Assembly (NCBI GenBank): GCA_012518615.1
Contig: JAAYRU010000004.1
Span: 16,085-80,084, forward strand
Length of the DNA stretch: 64,000 nt
From: Christensenellaceae bacterium
Lineage (GTDB): Bacteria; Bacillota; Clostridia; Christensenellales; Aristaeellaceae
Direction of reading: 5' to 3'
Shown piece after piece: positions 48,879 to 58,979 of the stretch (the first letter of the stretch is position 1; the number at the start of each line of letters is the position of its first letter). Made by a program: the position numbers and the translations under genes. Below the pieces are notes generated by a model. That model made no database searches. It was not told the origin of the DNA and was given only the letters and a program-made list of their open reading frames with translations.

Positions 48879-50432
48879 ATGATTAACAAGGTCGGTCGGG
48901 AGATACCCGATGAACTATTGAAAGAGCTTGGTAAAACGGGCTTTCAAGGTTCTAATTTTAGGGATAATCTTTCGTATAAAAAAGCCGCACCTAAAATCCG
49001 CTCACTGAACGACAATAGGCGCAGCAAATTATGTAAATCACTTAGAGAAGCTTTAGAAAAATGCGAACTGCGCGATGGTATGTACTTTGGCTTCCACCAT
49101 CATTTCCGTGACGGCGACTACATTATCAACATGGTAATGGAAGAAGTTGAAAAAATGGGAATAAAGGACATTACTATCTGTGCATCTTCTATGGGAGTAG
49201 CGCATGACCCAATTGCGCCTATGGTTGAAAGCGGTGTGGTTGCGGGGATACAATCTTCCGGCGTTCGCGGTAAAATTGGCGAAGCTATCTCTTACGGCAG
49301 GTTTAAGAAACACGCAATTATCCGCTCTCACGGAGGCAGGGTTAGAGCGATTGAAGAAGGCGATATACATCTTGATGTTGCCTTTATCGGAGCGCCAACG
49401 GCGGATGAATACGGCAACGCCAGAGCCGTAGGCGGCAAAAGCGACTGTGGCGTACTATCCTATTCCAAGGTTGATTCAATGTACGCCGACAAGGTTGTTG
49501 TAATTACGGATTGCTTAGTGCCTTTCCCAAATGTGCCTGCCAGCATTTCTATGGTTGATGTTGACTATGTATGCTGTGTAGATGCAATAGGAGACCCTAA
49601 AAAGATTGTAAGCAATGTAATACGCGTTACTAAGGATGTACGCGAACTTATGATGGCGCAGTATTGCGCGCGCATAATATCCAAATCCCCGTACTTTAAG
49701 GATGGGTTTTCCTTCCAAACGGGAGGTGGCGGCGCTGCGCTTGCGGTTACCGGATTCTTGCAGCCGATTATGGAAAAACAAAATATCCAAATGGGTTTTG
49801 CGATAGGCGGTATTATGCAGGTAATGTGCGATTTGATGGACGCAGGTTTTGTAAGAAAAATCGTAGACGCTCAAGTGTTTGATTCGGCGGCAATTGAGCA
49901 TATTAAAACCAACCCCAACCATGTGGAAATATCAACATCAGAATACGCCAACCCCATGAACAAAGGCGCGTTTGTAAACAAACTTGATTTTGTTATCCTT
50001 GGCGCGCTGGAAGTCGATACCAATTTCAATGTTAATGTGGTAACGGGTTCAGACGGCATCGTCCGCGGCGCGCCCGGCGGACACCCGGATACTTCAGCGG
50101 GTTCTAAATGCTCAATTATCGTCGCACCCCTTATACGCAGCCGCATACCTACAATATGCGACAGCGTACTTACGGTTACCACGCCCGGTGAAGCGGTTGA
50201 TATTATAGTTACAGACCACGGCATAGCTATAAACCCCCTGCGTAAAGATCTTTTAGACACCTACAAAAACTCCGGTTTGCCCATAAAGACAATAGAGGAA
50301 TTGCGGGATGAGGCTTATCGTATCGCCGGAAAGCCTGACCCAATCCGTTTTATGGACGAGATTGTAGCAGTTGTAGAAAGCAGGGATGGAACAATACTTG
50401 ATGTAATTAGAAAGGTTGAAGATAAGAGATAG
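48879..50432 (+). CDS. citF: Citrate lyase alpha subunit (citrate CoA-transferase) family protein, stand-alone
   Basis: 517 aa with a CitF-like sequence throughout. RBS ACAGGAGGAC. No citD or citE is adjacent in this window. Confidence 0.8.
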   Translation: MINKVGREIPDELLKELGKTGFQGSNFRDNLSYKKAAPKIRSLNDNRRSKLCKSLREALEKCELRDGMYFGFHHHFRDGDYIINMVMEEVEKMGIKDITICASSMGVAHDPIAPMVESGVVAGIQSSGVRGKIGEAISYGRFKKHAIIRSHGGRVRAIEEGDIHLDVAFIGAPTADEYGNARAVGGKSDCGVLSYSKVDSMYADKVVVITDCLVPFPNVPASISMVDVDYVCCVDAIGDPKKIVSNVIRVTKDVRELMMAQYCARIISKSPYFKDGFSFQTGGGGAALAVTGFLQPIMEKQNIQMGFAIGGIMQVMCDLMDAGFVRKIVDAQVFDSAAIEHIKTNPNHVEISTSEYANPMNKGAFVNKLDFVILGALEVDTNFNVNVVTGSDGIVRGAPGGHPDTSAGSKCSIIVAPLIRSRIPTICDSVLTVTTPGEAVDIIVTDHGIAINPLRKDLLDTYKNSGLPIKTIEELRDEAYRIAGKPDPIRFMDEIVAVVESRDGTILDVIRKVEDKR

Positions 50433-50665
50433 TAAGCCGCCAAAAGAGCTACATTTCACGCATTCTTTACCTTGATTTCTAATGTTTTTTACATAGGGGC
50501 TTTACACTTTTGATGTAGCCATTGTAGTTGTAGCAGAAGAATTGATTCATGTACGGCTCCTATTATTCTTGCACGGCGAAGGGGCGAGCGAAGCCGCTTG
50601 CCCTTTCGTTAAATTAATGAGTTTTTGGTTACACTAAAGTGGGTAACTTCAATAAACTCAAAAGC

Positions 50666-50694
50666 TTGACAGGGAGTTGAACCTTTGTTAGAAT
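50666..50694 (+). promoter_or_regulatory. Near-consensus sigma-A promoter with no downstream gene
   Basis: TTGACA (50666-50671), a 17-nt spacer, then TG-T-TAGAAT (extended -10, 50689-50694). Confidence 0.5.
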
Positions 50695-50700
50695 GAGATG

Positions 50701-50890
50701 TAATTAAATATCTTTTAACGGTCAGAGTGCCTGAGGTGAAAACCTCTTGCGCGGAGTAAGTTGTCTAAGTCCCGCGGGATATGATGGTCTTATGTGAGAT
50801 TTCTACTATCAGGGTGGATAGTAATTTTTTGTTTCACCACTCTATTCATAGGTTCTCACAGACCAAAAGAAAAGGGTGGTGATTTTCTTT
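50701..50890 (+). ncRNA. Candidate orphan structured small RNA (class unknown)
   Basis: Lies downstream of the promoter above. Local hairpins: GAGG-TGAAAA-CCTC (50733-50746), CGCGG...CCGCG (50751-50778), and TACTATC-AGGGTG-GATAGTA followed by ATTTTTT (50803-50829). Long-range complements: GGTC(TTA)TGTGAGA with TCTCACAGACC, and CTTTT...GGTC with GACCAAAAG. CACCAC/GTGGTG followed by ATTTTCTTT ends near 50890. There is no ORF of 60 aa or more, and no plus-strand gene follows before the convergent gene at 51055. Confidence 0.3.
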
Positions 50891-51004
50891 GTGATATATA
50901 AAGAATAAGATTTTTACAATAAAAATTCCTGCTCTTTGCAGTGCCGATAACTATATTAAACACATAACCTCTTAATATACTCGACACAGCATAAGAACAG
51001 TTAA

Positions 51005-51033
51005 CATAAAGGGCGGCAGTAATGCCGCCCTTA
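51005..51033. terminator. Terminator hairpin downstream of the minus-strand binding-protein gene
   Basis: GGGCGGCA-GTAA-TGCCGCCC with short A/T flanks, 25 nt beyond the stop at 51055. Confidence 0.55.
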
Positions 51034-51054
51034 AATTGCTGGTGACAATAGCAA

Positions 51055-51843
51055 TTATTTGTTCATTTCATTGTTTATCTGTACGGCTTTGTCAATCCAC
51101 TCGTCGAATATGCCTTTTTCGTTTACCTCCGCTATTACTTCGTTTAGGAACTCAAGCAACTCAGGCTCGCCTAGGGGTATCGCTGCGGCTATGCCTTCAG
51201 AAACAAAGTCAAACTGGCTTTCACATACGACGAGTTCGGGGTAGTTTTCTGTATACTGCTTGGCAACTACGCTTGCAAGCGCAAGACCATCTATCTTTTT
51301 GGTTTGCAGCATCATTACGCCGTCGGGTATAAGTGTTATAAGCTCCATCTCAGAGTTGGGAAGCTGGTCTTCAACCAATGCCTGTTGAAGCGTGCCGTTC
51401 TGGGCGCCAACTTTTTTGCCGCCAAAATCTGCGAGGGTTTTAATGCTGTCCGCATCTTCCTTACGGATAAGTATCATCTGGTTGGCTTCGGTGTAGTATA
51501 TGTCGGTGAAGTCCATGCTCGCGCGGCGCTCGGGCTTGGGGTCTAGGCCTGCAAGGGCGATATCTATTTTGCCTGCAGCAATGGCGGCAAGCACCGCTTC
51601 AAATGTGAAGGCTTCAACAACCAGCTCAACACCAAGGGCATCGGCTATGTATTGCGCAAATTCTATATCCGCGCCTACATTTTTGCCGTCAGGGCCGGGA
51701 AATTCGTAGGGAGGATAGTCCGGTGATGTGCCTACTACCAGCTTTCCGGCTTTTTTGATTGCATCAAGTCTTCCGCCTGCAAAACCTGTAATTGATAGGG
51801 TGACAAGTATTATTGTCATTAAAATAGCGACTAGTTTTTTCAT
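51055..51843 (-). CDS. Amino acid ABC transporter substrate-binding protein (family 3)
   Basis: 262 aa with a signal peptide. PBPb-like (KLVVGTSPDYPPYEF..., DIALAGL). Confidence 0.9.
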   Translation of the reverse strand: MKKLVAILMTIILVTLSITGFAGGRLDAIKKAGKLVVGTSPDYPPYEFPGPDGKNVGADIEFAQYIADALGVELVVEAFTFEAVLAAIAAGKIDIALAGLDPKPERRASMDFTDIYYTEANQMILIRKEDADSIKTLADFGGKKVGAQNGTLQQALVEDQLPNSEMELITLIPDGVMMLQTKKIDGLALASVVAKQYTENYPELVVCESQFDFVSEGIAAAIPLGEPELLEFLNEVIAEVNEKGIFDEWIDKAVQINNEMNK

Positions 51844-52024
51844 GGGGATACCTCCTTAACTGATTATGGAGTGCATTATAATACACAAAAAACTACTTGT
51901 CAAGCATAAAAATACAAAAAGTCTGTACAATTATACAAAACTATGTTAAACTACCTATTGTAATGCATAATAATGCGGTATAATATGCAGGTTATGCTAG
52001 GCTTAAGGAAAGGAAATTCATTTT

Positions 52025-53200
52025 ATGCCCCAGATAAGCAATAAAACATTTAAGTTTACAGAATCCGTAATACGCCGTATGACCCGCATTGCAGACGAAC
52101 ACGGCGCGATAAACCTATCCCAAGGTTTTCCTGATTTTGACCCGCCTAAAGAGCTAATGCAGGCGCTGAAAAAGGCGGCGCAGGAAGGCCCCCACCAGTA
52201 TGAAATTACATTCGGCTCTAAAACCTTTAGGGAAGCGCTGGCAATAAAACAAGGCAATGCCATAGACAGGGATATAGACCCTGAAACGGAGATAGTAATT
52301 ACCTGCGGAGCTACCGAAGCCATGATATGCGCTATGATGTCCGTGCTTAACCCAGGGGATAAGGTAGGCATATTTTCTCCATACTATGAAAACTACCATG
52401 CAGACGCAATAATTACAGGCGCAGAAGCTGTATTTATACCACTTGTGCCGCCCGAATATAATGTAGATTGGCAAGCGCTTGAAAAAGCTTTTGCCGATGG
52501 CATAAAGGCGCTGGTAGTGTGCAACCCTTCAAACCCCTGCGGCAAGGTTTTTACTAAAGAAGAACTGATAAAAATAGGTAAGCTCGCCAAAGAGCACGAC
52601 GCTTGGGTAATTACGGATGAAGTATATGAGCATATAGTGTATGAACCTAGCGTGCATACATATATGTCTTCACTTCCCGGTATGTGGGAAAACACGCTTA
52701 GCGTATCCTCGCTTTCAAAAACCTATTCTATTACAGGCTGGCGTTTAGGCTACCTAATAGGCCCCGAAGAAGCCGTAGACGCTGCCCGCAAAGTGCATGA
52801 CTTTCTAACCGTAGGCGCTGCTGCCCCCCTGCAGGAGGCTGCGCTTACAGGCTTGCTTTTTAACAAAAGCTACTATAAACAGTTACAGCAGCTCTATACA
52901 GAAAAAAGAGAGATTTTCCTATCGGGTTTAAGCAACATAGGCATTAAACATACCGTACCACAGGGCAGCTATTTCGTGCTTGCGGATATAAGCCAGTATC
53001 TTGACCTTCCACGCTTCAAAGGCTTTGATGATGTTGCCTTTTGCGAGTGGATGACTAGAGAAATAGGCGTTGCCGCCGTGCCGGGTTCAAGCTTTTTCCC
53101 TGATAATTCTGGCGATTGTCTAATGCGCCTGCACTTTGCCAGAGGTGAGGAGAGTTTAAAAGAAGCTATTAGCCGTCTTGAAAGGTTGGCGGATTTATGA
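52025..53200 (+). CDS. Class I/II pyridoxal-phosphate aminotransferase
   Basis: 391 aa. NPSNPCG and SLSKTYSITGWRLGY (PLP lysine) motifs. Confidence 0.9.
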   Translation: MPQISNKTFKFTESVIRRMTRIADEHGAINLSQGFPDFDPPKELMQALKKAAQEGPHQYEITFGSKTFREALAIKQGNAIDRDIDPETEIVITCGATEAMICAMMSVLNPGDKVGIFSPYYENYHADAIITGAEAVFIPLVPPEYNVDWQALEKAFADGIKALVVCNPSNPCGKVFTKEELIKIGKLAKEHDAWVITDEVYEHIVYEPSVHTYMSSLPGMWENTLSVSSLSKTYSITGWRLGYLIGPEEAVDAARKVHDFLTVGAAAPLQEAALTGLLFNKSYYKQLQQLYTEKREIFLSGLSNIGIKHTVPQGSYFVLADISQYLDLPRFKGFDDVAFCEWMTREIGVAAVPGSSFFPDNSGDCLMRLHFARGEESLKEAISRLERLADL

Positions 53201-54294
53201 ATAAACATATAGACAGCCTTAACAACCACTTATCCCCCGCGCTACCTGCCTACACCATAGGCGCATATGCGTATAATGACCTGGCAAAGTTAATATCAAA
53301 GCACGGCAAAAAAGCATATTTAATAGGCGGATTAAACGCGCTAAATGCCGGGCTTAAATATGTAGAAGAGGCTCTGCAAAATTCCGGCATATGGCTTTCA
53401 GTGGAGATATTCACAGGCGAACCTACAAAATGCGAGGCTCAAAAGTTTGCCGATGAAGCGCTAAGCTCGGGTGCGGATATAATACTGGGCATGGGCGGCG
53501 GCAGGGCTATAGACGCTGCAAAAGCGGCAGGCTATTATGCTAATCTGCCCGTATTTACCCTGCCTACTATACCCGCAACATGCGCTGCCATAACTGCGCT
53601 TAGCGTAGTATACGATGACAAGGCGGAGCCATTCCTGTTTTTGCGTGAGCCGCCTGAACATGTATTTATTCATACTGGCATATTAGCTGCTTCTCCCCCC
53701 GAATACTTAAGGGCAGGCATAGGAGACAGCATAGCAAAGCATGTGGAAAGCGCATACAAAGCCGGGGATTATTCTGGGCTTAATTATGAGGATGTTCTAG
53801 GGCTTTATACAGCAGCAATGGGCTATGATACCCTTTTAAATATAGGGGTTAAAGCTATGGAAGACGCGAAAAACGCTAAAGACAGCCCCGAATACCGCCT
53901 AGCCTGCGAGTGCTGTATTATAAACACCGGTCTTGTTAGCATACTTGTAAAGGAATCCCTAAACGGCGCGCTTGCGCACTCGCTTTACTATGCGCTTAAA
54001 CATGAGAGCGGCATTTCAAACTACCTGCACGGAGAAATCGTCGCATGGGGCAGCATAGTGCAGCTTGTAATGGAAGGAAACGGCGGCAAAGCGATAGAGC
54101 TTATGGAATTTCTAAAAGACCTTGATATTCCCATAAGCCTTGAAATCATGGGAAGCAGCTTAGAAACTGTAAAACCTAAGCTAAGTGCAGTTCTAATTCA
54201 ACCTGATATGCAAGGTGCTACTGTAAGCGAATACATGATTGAGCACGCAATAGAAAAGACTGAGTGGCTGTCAAGTAGAAAGGAGGGCAAATAG
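53197..54294 (+). CDS. Iron-containing alcohol/glycerol dehydrogenase family protein
   Basis: 365 aa. GMGGGRAIDAAKA motif. Start overlaps the aminotransferase stop (ATGA). Confidence 0.82.
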   Translation: MNKHIDSLNNHLSPALPAYTIGAYAYNDLAKLISKHGKKAYLIGGLNALNAGLKYVEEALQNSGIWLSVEIFTGEPTKCEAQKFADEALSSGADIILGMGGGRAIDAAKAAGYYANLPVFTLPTIPATCAAITALSVVYDDKAEPFLFLREPPEHVFIHTGILAASPPEYLRAGIGDSIAKHVESAYKAGDYSGLNYEDVLGLYTAAMGYDTLLNIGVKAMEDAKNAKDSPEYRLACECCIINTGLVSILVKESLNGALAHSLYYALKHESGISNYLHGEIVAWGSIVQLVMEGNGGKAIELMEFLKDLDIPISLEIMGSSLETVKPKLSAVLIQPDMQGATVSEYMIEHAIEKTEWLSSRKEGK

Positions 54295-54972
54295 ATGTTT
54301 ACAAATTTCGGAAGCAATATAACTAGGGCGCTTACTAAGTACTGGGGCTTATTCCTAGAGGGTATAGGCATAACATTGCTACTCAGCTTTATTACAGTTT
54401 TTTTCGGCACTATAATCGGAAGCATTTTGGCGCTAATGCGCAGAAGCCGTATAAAGGCTGTAAGCGTATTTGCGGTAGGCTATGTAGAAGTTATACGCGG
54501 CACCCCGCTACTATTGCAGCTGTATCTATTCTACTTTATGCTGCCTGATTTGCTGCCTTTTATGAATCTATCCAAATTTGCCTGTGTAAGCATTGCGCTT
54601 GTAATTAACTCCTCCGCGTATGTTTGCGAGATAGTAAGGGCGGGCATACAGGCGGTAGACCCCGGGCAGGCTGAGGCAGCGCGCACACTCGGTCTTAACG
54701 GCAGGCAGACAATGCTGCGCATAGTTATGCCTCAGGCAATAAAGAACATATTGCCGGCGCTTGGTAATGAGTTTGTTACGGTAATTAAGGAAACATCCCT
54801 CGCCTCAACCTTTTTCGTTGGCGACCTTATGACGGCATATGCCACGGTGCGCGGTAGCATGTACCTTGTTATAGAACCCCTTGTAATAGTGGGCATAATA
54901 TATTTTGTGCTTACATTCAGCCTATCCAAGCTTATTTCAAAATTTGAAAGGAGGCTTAAAGCAAGTGATTGA
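54295..54972 (+). CDS. Amino acid ABC transporter permease (His/Glu/Gln/Arg type)
   Basis: 225 aa. EAA-loop region ([24 protein letters not shown]). Confidence 0.9.
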   Translation: MFTNFGSNITRALTKYWGLFLEGIGITLLLSFITVFFGTIIGSILALMRRSRIKAVSVFAVGYVEVIRGTPLLLQLYLFYFMLPDLLPFMNLSKFACVSIALVINSSAYVCEIVRAGIQAVDPGQAEAARTLGLNGRQTMLRIVMPQAIKNILPALGNEFVTVIKETSLASTFFVGDLMTAYATVRGSMYLVIEPLVIVGIIYFVLTFSLSKLISKFERRLKASD

Positions 54973-55690
54973 AACAATAGATTTATACAAGGATTTCGGC
55001 TCTCTAAGGGTGCTAAACGGCATAAACGAGCATATAGAAAAAGGCGAGGTTATATCCATAATAGGGCCTTCAGGGTCAGGCAAGTCTACATTTTTAAGGT
55101 GCCTTAACCTGCTTGAAATACCCACAAGCGGAAGCGTCATTTTTGAAGGCGTAAACCTCATGGATAAGAATGTCGATATAAACCTGCACAGACAGAAAAT
55201 GGGTATGGTGTTCCAGCACTTTAATGTATTCCCCCACCTAACAGTTAAACAGAATATAACGTTAGCGCCCGTGCTGCTTAAAAAACGCACGCAACAGGAA
55301 GCGGATAAATACGCGGATGAGCTATTAGCTAGAGTAGGGCTTTCAGATAAGGCGGAGGAACACCCTCGCCGCCTATCCGGCGGGCAAAAGCAGCGCCTTG
55401 CGATAGTGCGCGCGCTTGCTATGGACCCTGAAGTTATGCTGTTTGACGAACCCACAAGCGCGCTAGACCCTGAAATGGTAGGCGAGGTGCTTGCGGTTAT
55501 AAAATCCCTAGTGCAGGGCGGCATGACATGCGTAATAGTAACCCATGAGATGGGCTTTGCAAGGGAGGTTTCCAGCAGAGTGCTTTTCATGGATGAGGGC
55601 AAGGTGCAGGAGCAGGGCAGCCCTGATGAAATTTTCACAAACCCCCAGAACCCCCGCACTAAGGCATTTTTAGGCAAGGTGCTAAGATAG
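54965..55690 (+). CDS. Amino acid ABC transporter ATP-binding protein (GlnQ-like)
   Basis: GTG start giving (M)[20 protein letters not shown], 8-nt overlap with the permease gene. Walker [10 protein letters not shown], signature LSGGQKQR, Walker [11 protein letters not shown]. The track start at 54905 was rejected. Confidence 0.88.
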   Translation: MIETIDLYKDFGSLRVLNGINEHIEKGEVISIIGPSGSGKSTFLRCLNLLEIPTSGSVIFEGVNLMDKNVDINLHRQKMGMVFQHFNVFPHLTVKQNITLAPVLLKKRTQQEADKYADELLARVGLSDKAEEHPRRLSGGQKQRLAIVRALAMDPEVMLFDEPTSALDPEMVGEVLAVIKSLVQGGMTCVIVTHEMGFAREVSSRVLFMDEGKVQEQGSPDEIFTNPQNPRTKAFLGKVLR

Positions 55691-55730
55691 CTTGCTAAAG
55701 GCTGTATAGTTTTATATATAAGCAAACATA

Positions 55731-55765
55731 CAAAAACCGGAGAGTATAGTGTTTCTCCGGTTTTG
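55731..55765. terminator. Bidirectional rho-independent terminator
   Basis: CCGGAGA-loop-TCTCCGG flanked by CAAAAA and TTTTG, between convergent genes ending at 55690 (+) and 55801 (-). Confidence 0.6.
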
Positions 55766-55800
55766 CGTTATTTATAGTACGGTAAACTACCGCCTAATAA

Positions 55801-57201
55801 TTATATTGCCATAGTTTCGTTTTCAGGGTTGTAGTCAGCGGGGTCGCCCTTGAGTACCCTAGCTTGCCTGTCCTCAAAGAACTTCTTGGCAACCTGCGGG
55901 AATGAAGCGTAGCTTAGCACGTCCTCATCCTGGATGATATAGGGTGCTATCTCCTTGCGGAAGCCTTCAAGCTGCGGGGCAATATGGTCTGCGGGTCTGT
56001 CAGTCATGGGCTTTTCATTGCCGAGTATTTTCTTTTGAACTTCCTTGTTTACAGGGGCGGGCAACCTGCCGTATTCACCACGGAGCAACGCCTTGCTTTC
56101 GTTGGGAATCAACTTGTACCTTTCGCCCATAATTACATTCATAACCGCCTGTGTGCCTACAATCTGGCTTGTGGGGGTTACAAGGGGCGGGTAGCCGAAG
56201 TCCTCACGCACGCGCGGTACTTCTTCAAGCACGGCTTCGAATTGGTCTATCTTGCCGGCTTGGTTAAGCTGACCTATAAGGTTGGACAGCATACCGCCGG
56301 GCACTTGATAGCGAAGGGTGTTTACATTAGTTGCGAGCACGCGCTTTACATCTCTCCAGCCTTCTTCTTCAAGGCGTTCTGCTGCGGGTCTGAATATCTC
56401 CGCCGCTTCAGATAGCAGGTTAAGGTCAAGCCCGGTATCATACTCGGTGCCGGCTAGCGTTGCAACTAGGGATTCAGTTACGGGCTGCGCCGTACCGCCG
56501 CCAAAGGGCGATAGAGCAGTGTCTACAACATCCGCACCCGCTTCAATTGCCTTAAGGTAGGTCATGGCGCCGGTGCCCGTTGTGTTGTGCGTATGCACTA
56601 CTATGGGCAAATCAACTGATTCTTTTAGCTTTTTAACCAGCGAATATGCGGGGTATGGAAGCAGCAGGTTTGCCATATCCTTAATGCAGATAAGGTCTGC
56701 GCCCATATCAACTATTTGCTTTGCTAGTTTTACGAAGTATTCCTCCGTATGCACCGGGGATATGGTGTAGCTCATGGCGATTTCGGCTGTACCGCCGTAT
56801 TTCTTGGTGGCTTTTACCGCAACTTCCATATTGCGCAGGTCGTTCAGCGCGTCGAATATGCGCACGATGTCTATTCCGTTTTCTATGGATTTTTTAACGA
56901 AATAGTCTACAGTATCATCTGCATAGTGTCTGTAACCAAGCAGATTTTGACCGCGCAGCAGCATCTGAAGCTTGGTGTTAGGCAGCGCCTTTCTAAGCGC
57001 GCGCAGTCTGTCCCAAGGGTCTTCATTTAGGAAGCGAAGGCAGCTATCGAATGTAGCGCCGCCCCAGCACTCCAGCGAGAAAAAGCCGATTTTATCGAGT
57101 GTCTCGCAGGCGGGAAGCATCTCATCAAGGCGCATACGGGTCGCCGCCTGCGATTGATGGGCATCCCGCAGGATGGTATCAGTAATTTTAACTTTAGACA
57201 T
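55801..57201 (-). CDS. Oxaloacetate decarboxylase alpha / transcarboxylase 5S-type carboxyltransferase subunit (no biotinyl domain)
   Basis: 466 aa. MSKVKITDTILRDAHQS... is an HMGL-like TIM barrel. The C-terminal part matches OadA/PycB, but the protein ends before any AMKM biotin domain. Confidence 0.9.
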   Translation of the reverse strand: MSKVKITDTILRDAHQSQAATRMRLDEMLPACETLDKIGFFSLECWGGATFDSCLRFLNEDPWDRLRALRKALPNTKLQMLLRGQNLLGYRHYADDTVDYFVKKSIENGIDIVRIFDALNDLRNMEVAVKATKKYGGTAEIAMSYTISPVHTEEYFVKLAKQIVDMGADLICIKDMANLLLPYPAYSLVKKLKESVDLPIVVHTHNTTGTGAMTYLKAIEAGADVVDTALSPFGGGTAQPVTESLVATLAGTEYDTGLDLNLLSEAAEIFRPAAERLEEEGWRDVKRVLATNVNTLRYQVPGGMLSNLIGQLNQAGKIDQFEAVLEEVPRVREDFGYPPLVTPTSQIVGTQAVMNVIMGERYKLIPNESKALLRGEYGRLPAPVNKEVQKKILGNEKPMTDRPADHIAPQLEGFRKEIAPYIIQDEDVLSYASFPQVAKKFFEDRQARVLKGDPADYNPENETMAI

Positions 57202-57219
57202 AGAGTATTCTCCTTACAA

Positions 57220-58500
57220 TTAGCCGTATAGGCTTAACAATACGCCGGCTGCAATTGCAGAGCCTATTACACCGGCAACGTTGGGACCCATTGCGTGCAT
57301 AAGCAGGAAGTTTGAGGGGTTCGCTTTCTGACCCTCAACCTGAGATACACGGGCTGCCATAGGTACGGCTGACACGCCGGCAGAGCCTATAAGCGGGTTT
57401 ATCTTTCCGCCGGAAAGCTTGTTCATTAGCTTACCCATAAGTACGCCGCCTGCAGTACCGAAGCTGAACGCAAGCACTCCAAGGATAACTATTTTAATAG
57501 TTCCAATGCTAAGGAATGTTTGTGCGTTTGCGGTTGCGCCTACGGTTACGCCGAGGAATATAACTATAATATTCATAAGCTCGTTTTGAGCGGTTTTGCT
57601 TAGCCTGTCTACAACGAGGCTTTCTCTAAACAGGTTGCCAAGCATAAGCATACCTACCAGCGGCGCGGCTGATGGCACTAGGAAGGAAACAACCACAGTA
57701 ACCACTATGGGGAATATTATTTTTTCCCTCTTGGTTACAACACGCAGCTGTTCCATTACTATAGAGCGCTCTTCCTTGGTGGTAAGCGCGCGCATTATGG
57801 GGGGCTGTATAACAGGCACAAGCGCCATATAGCTGTACGCCGCTATTGCAATAGGACCTAATAGGTGAGGGGCAAGTTTGCCTGTAAGGTATATGGCGGT
57901 GGGACCGTCCGCTCCGCCTATTATGCCGCATGAAGCAGCTTCTGCAGGTGTAAAGCCTAACAGGCGCGCCAAGAAATAAGCAAGGAATATACCAAGCTGA
58001 GCCGCTGCGCCAAGGAGCATACTCTTGGGGTTTGCAATCAGCGGACCAAAGTCGGTCATAGCGCCAACGCCCATGAAAATAAGCGGAGGATATATGCCAA
58101 GCTTTACCCCTTGGTACAGGTAATGTAGAAGACCTGCATTACCTGCATTGTGCTGGTATACAGTCATGCCTTCAGTAAAGTCTTTAAGTGATATTCCGGC
58201 TTCTTTAAGAGCCTCCATAGTTTCGGGCGTTAGCAAAACAGGCGTTCCGACAACGCCGTTATGCACGGCAGTTTCAAGAAGTTCTACCGGAGTTCCGTCC
58301 ATAAGTCCGGCAAAGGGAATATTTGCAAGCAGCATTCCAAAGGCTATAGGCACAAGCAGCAGTGGTTCATACTTTTTGACTATTGCCATGTACAAAAGTA
58401 TGCAGGCAACGCCTATCATAACCAGCGAAAGCGGATCTTGCGCAATTCCTGAAAAACCGGATTCCTTAGCTAAGTCTATAAGTGGCTTAAATAAATCCAT
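57220..58500 (-). CDS. Na+-transporting decarboxylase beta subunit (OadB/GcdB/MmdB family)
   Basis: 426 aa polytopic membrane protein with family-typical sequence (GMLLANIP..., GAADGPTAI...). Confidence 0.9.
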   Translation of the reverse strand: MDLFKPLIDLAKESGFSGIAQDPLSLVMIGVACILLYMAIVKKYEPLLLVPIAFGMLLANIPFAGLMDGTPVELLETAVHNGVVGTPVLLTPETMEALKEAGISLKDFTEGMTVYQHNAGNAGLLHYLYQGVKLGIYPPLIFMGVGAMTDFGPLIANPKSMLLGAAAQLGIFLAYFLARLLGFTPAEAASCGIIGGADGPTAIYLTGKLAPHLLGPIAIAAYSYMALVPVIQPPIMRALTTKEERSIVMEQLRVVTKREKIIFPIVVTVVVSFLVPSAAPLVGMLMLGNLFRESLVVDRLSKTAQNELMNIIVIFLGVTVGATANAQTFLSIGTIKIVILGVLAFSFGTAGGVLMGKLMNKLSGGKINPLIGSAGVSAVPMAARVSQVEGQKANPSNFLLMHAMGPNVAGVIGSAIAAGVLLSLYG

Positions 58501-58513
58501 TTTATACCTCCAA

Positions 58514-58951
58514 CTATTGGAGTACGATCATCAAATCGCCGCTGTTTACGCTATCTCCATTGTTGACTGCTATTTGAGCAACTGTACCATCACAGGGGGC
58601 GACGATATCGTTCTCCATCTTCATGGCTTCAAGCACAAGCAGGACATCGCCATGCTTTACCTGTGCGCCAACGCTTGTTTTTATGCTTAGTATGGTTCCC
58701 GGCATGGGCGCTACTATCTGCTCGCCTTCTGCGGGTGCTGCGGGTGCGGCAGGCGCTGCGGGTGCTGGAGCGGGTGCCGCTGCAGGAGCAGGCGCGGGCG
58801 CAGGTGCGGGTGCGGCTACAGGAGCGGGCGCAGGCGCGGGTGCGGCTACGGGCGCGGGTGCAGGTGCGGGCGCAACGGGCGCAACGCCGCTGGTTTCTTC
58901 GATTTCTACCTGATAGGCAACTCCGTTTACTTTAATATTGAAAATACGCAT
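58514..58951 (-). CDS. Biotin carboxyl carrier protein with a long Ala/Pro linker
   Basis: 145 aa. C-terminal biotinyl-lysine motif EAMKMEN. About 55 aa of (A/P)n linker. Confidence 0.9.
   Translation of the reverse strand: MRIFNIKVNGVAYQVEIEETSGVAPVAPAPAPAPVAAPAPAPAPVAAPAPAPAPAPAAAPAPAPAAPAAPAAPAEGEQIVAPMPGTILSIKTSVGAQVKHGDVLLVLEAMKMENDIVAPCDGTVAQIAVNNGDSVNSGDLMIVLQ
58724..58888. repeat. GC-rich low-complexity Ala/Pro-codon tract (BCCP linker)
   Basis: Reiterated GCGGGTGC/GGCGCAGG-type units encoding [16 protein letters not shown]... within the BCCP gene. Confidence 0.8.
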
Positions 58952-58979
58952 GATAATTTCTCCTTTTGTTTTTTATATT

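Noticed and set aside
50568-50599. A strong hairpin CGAAGGGGCGAGCG-AAGC-CGCTTGCCCTTTCG as a possible third copy of the palindromic element family.
   Set aside because: It has no sequence similarity to the conserved core of copies A and B (no CATAGTGG, GACTGAG or GGAAAAG blocks). It may simply be a distal terminator or stabiliser for the citF-like transcript.
50701-50890. Possible T-box leader. AGGGTGG occurs twice, and AGAGTG is followed by a GGTGAAAA hairpin resembling an AG bulge and distal loop.
   Set aside because: The remainder of the T-box core (GGTGGNACCGCG) is absent. I found no specifier-loop or K-turn arrangement, and no downstream aminoacyl-tRNA synthetase or transporter gene on this strand. 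It is kept only as an unclassified ncRNA candidate.
54937-55725. A 262-aa minus-strand ORF.
   Set aside because: It is antisense to the GlnQ-like ABC ATPase, whose Walker and signature motifs are unambiguous. The antisense frame is Ser/Cys/Pro-rich noise.
58724-58888. A GC-rich reiterated tract that looks like a tandem DNA repeat.
   Set aside because: It encodes the Ala/Pro linker typical of biotin carboxyl carrier subunits of Na+-decarboxylases. It is recorded as low complexity, not as an independent element.
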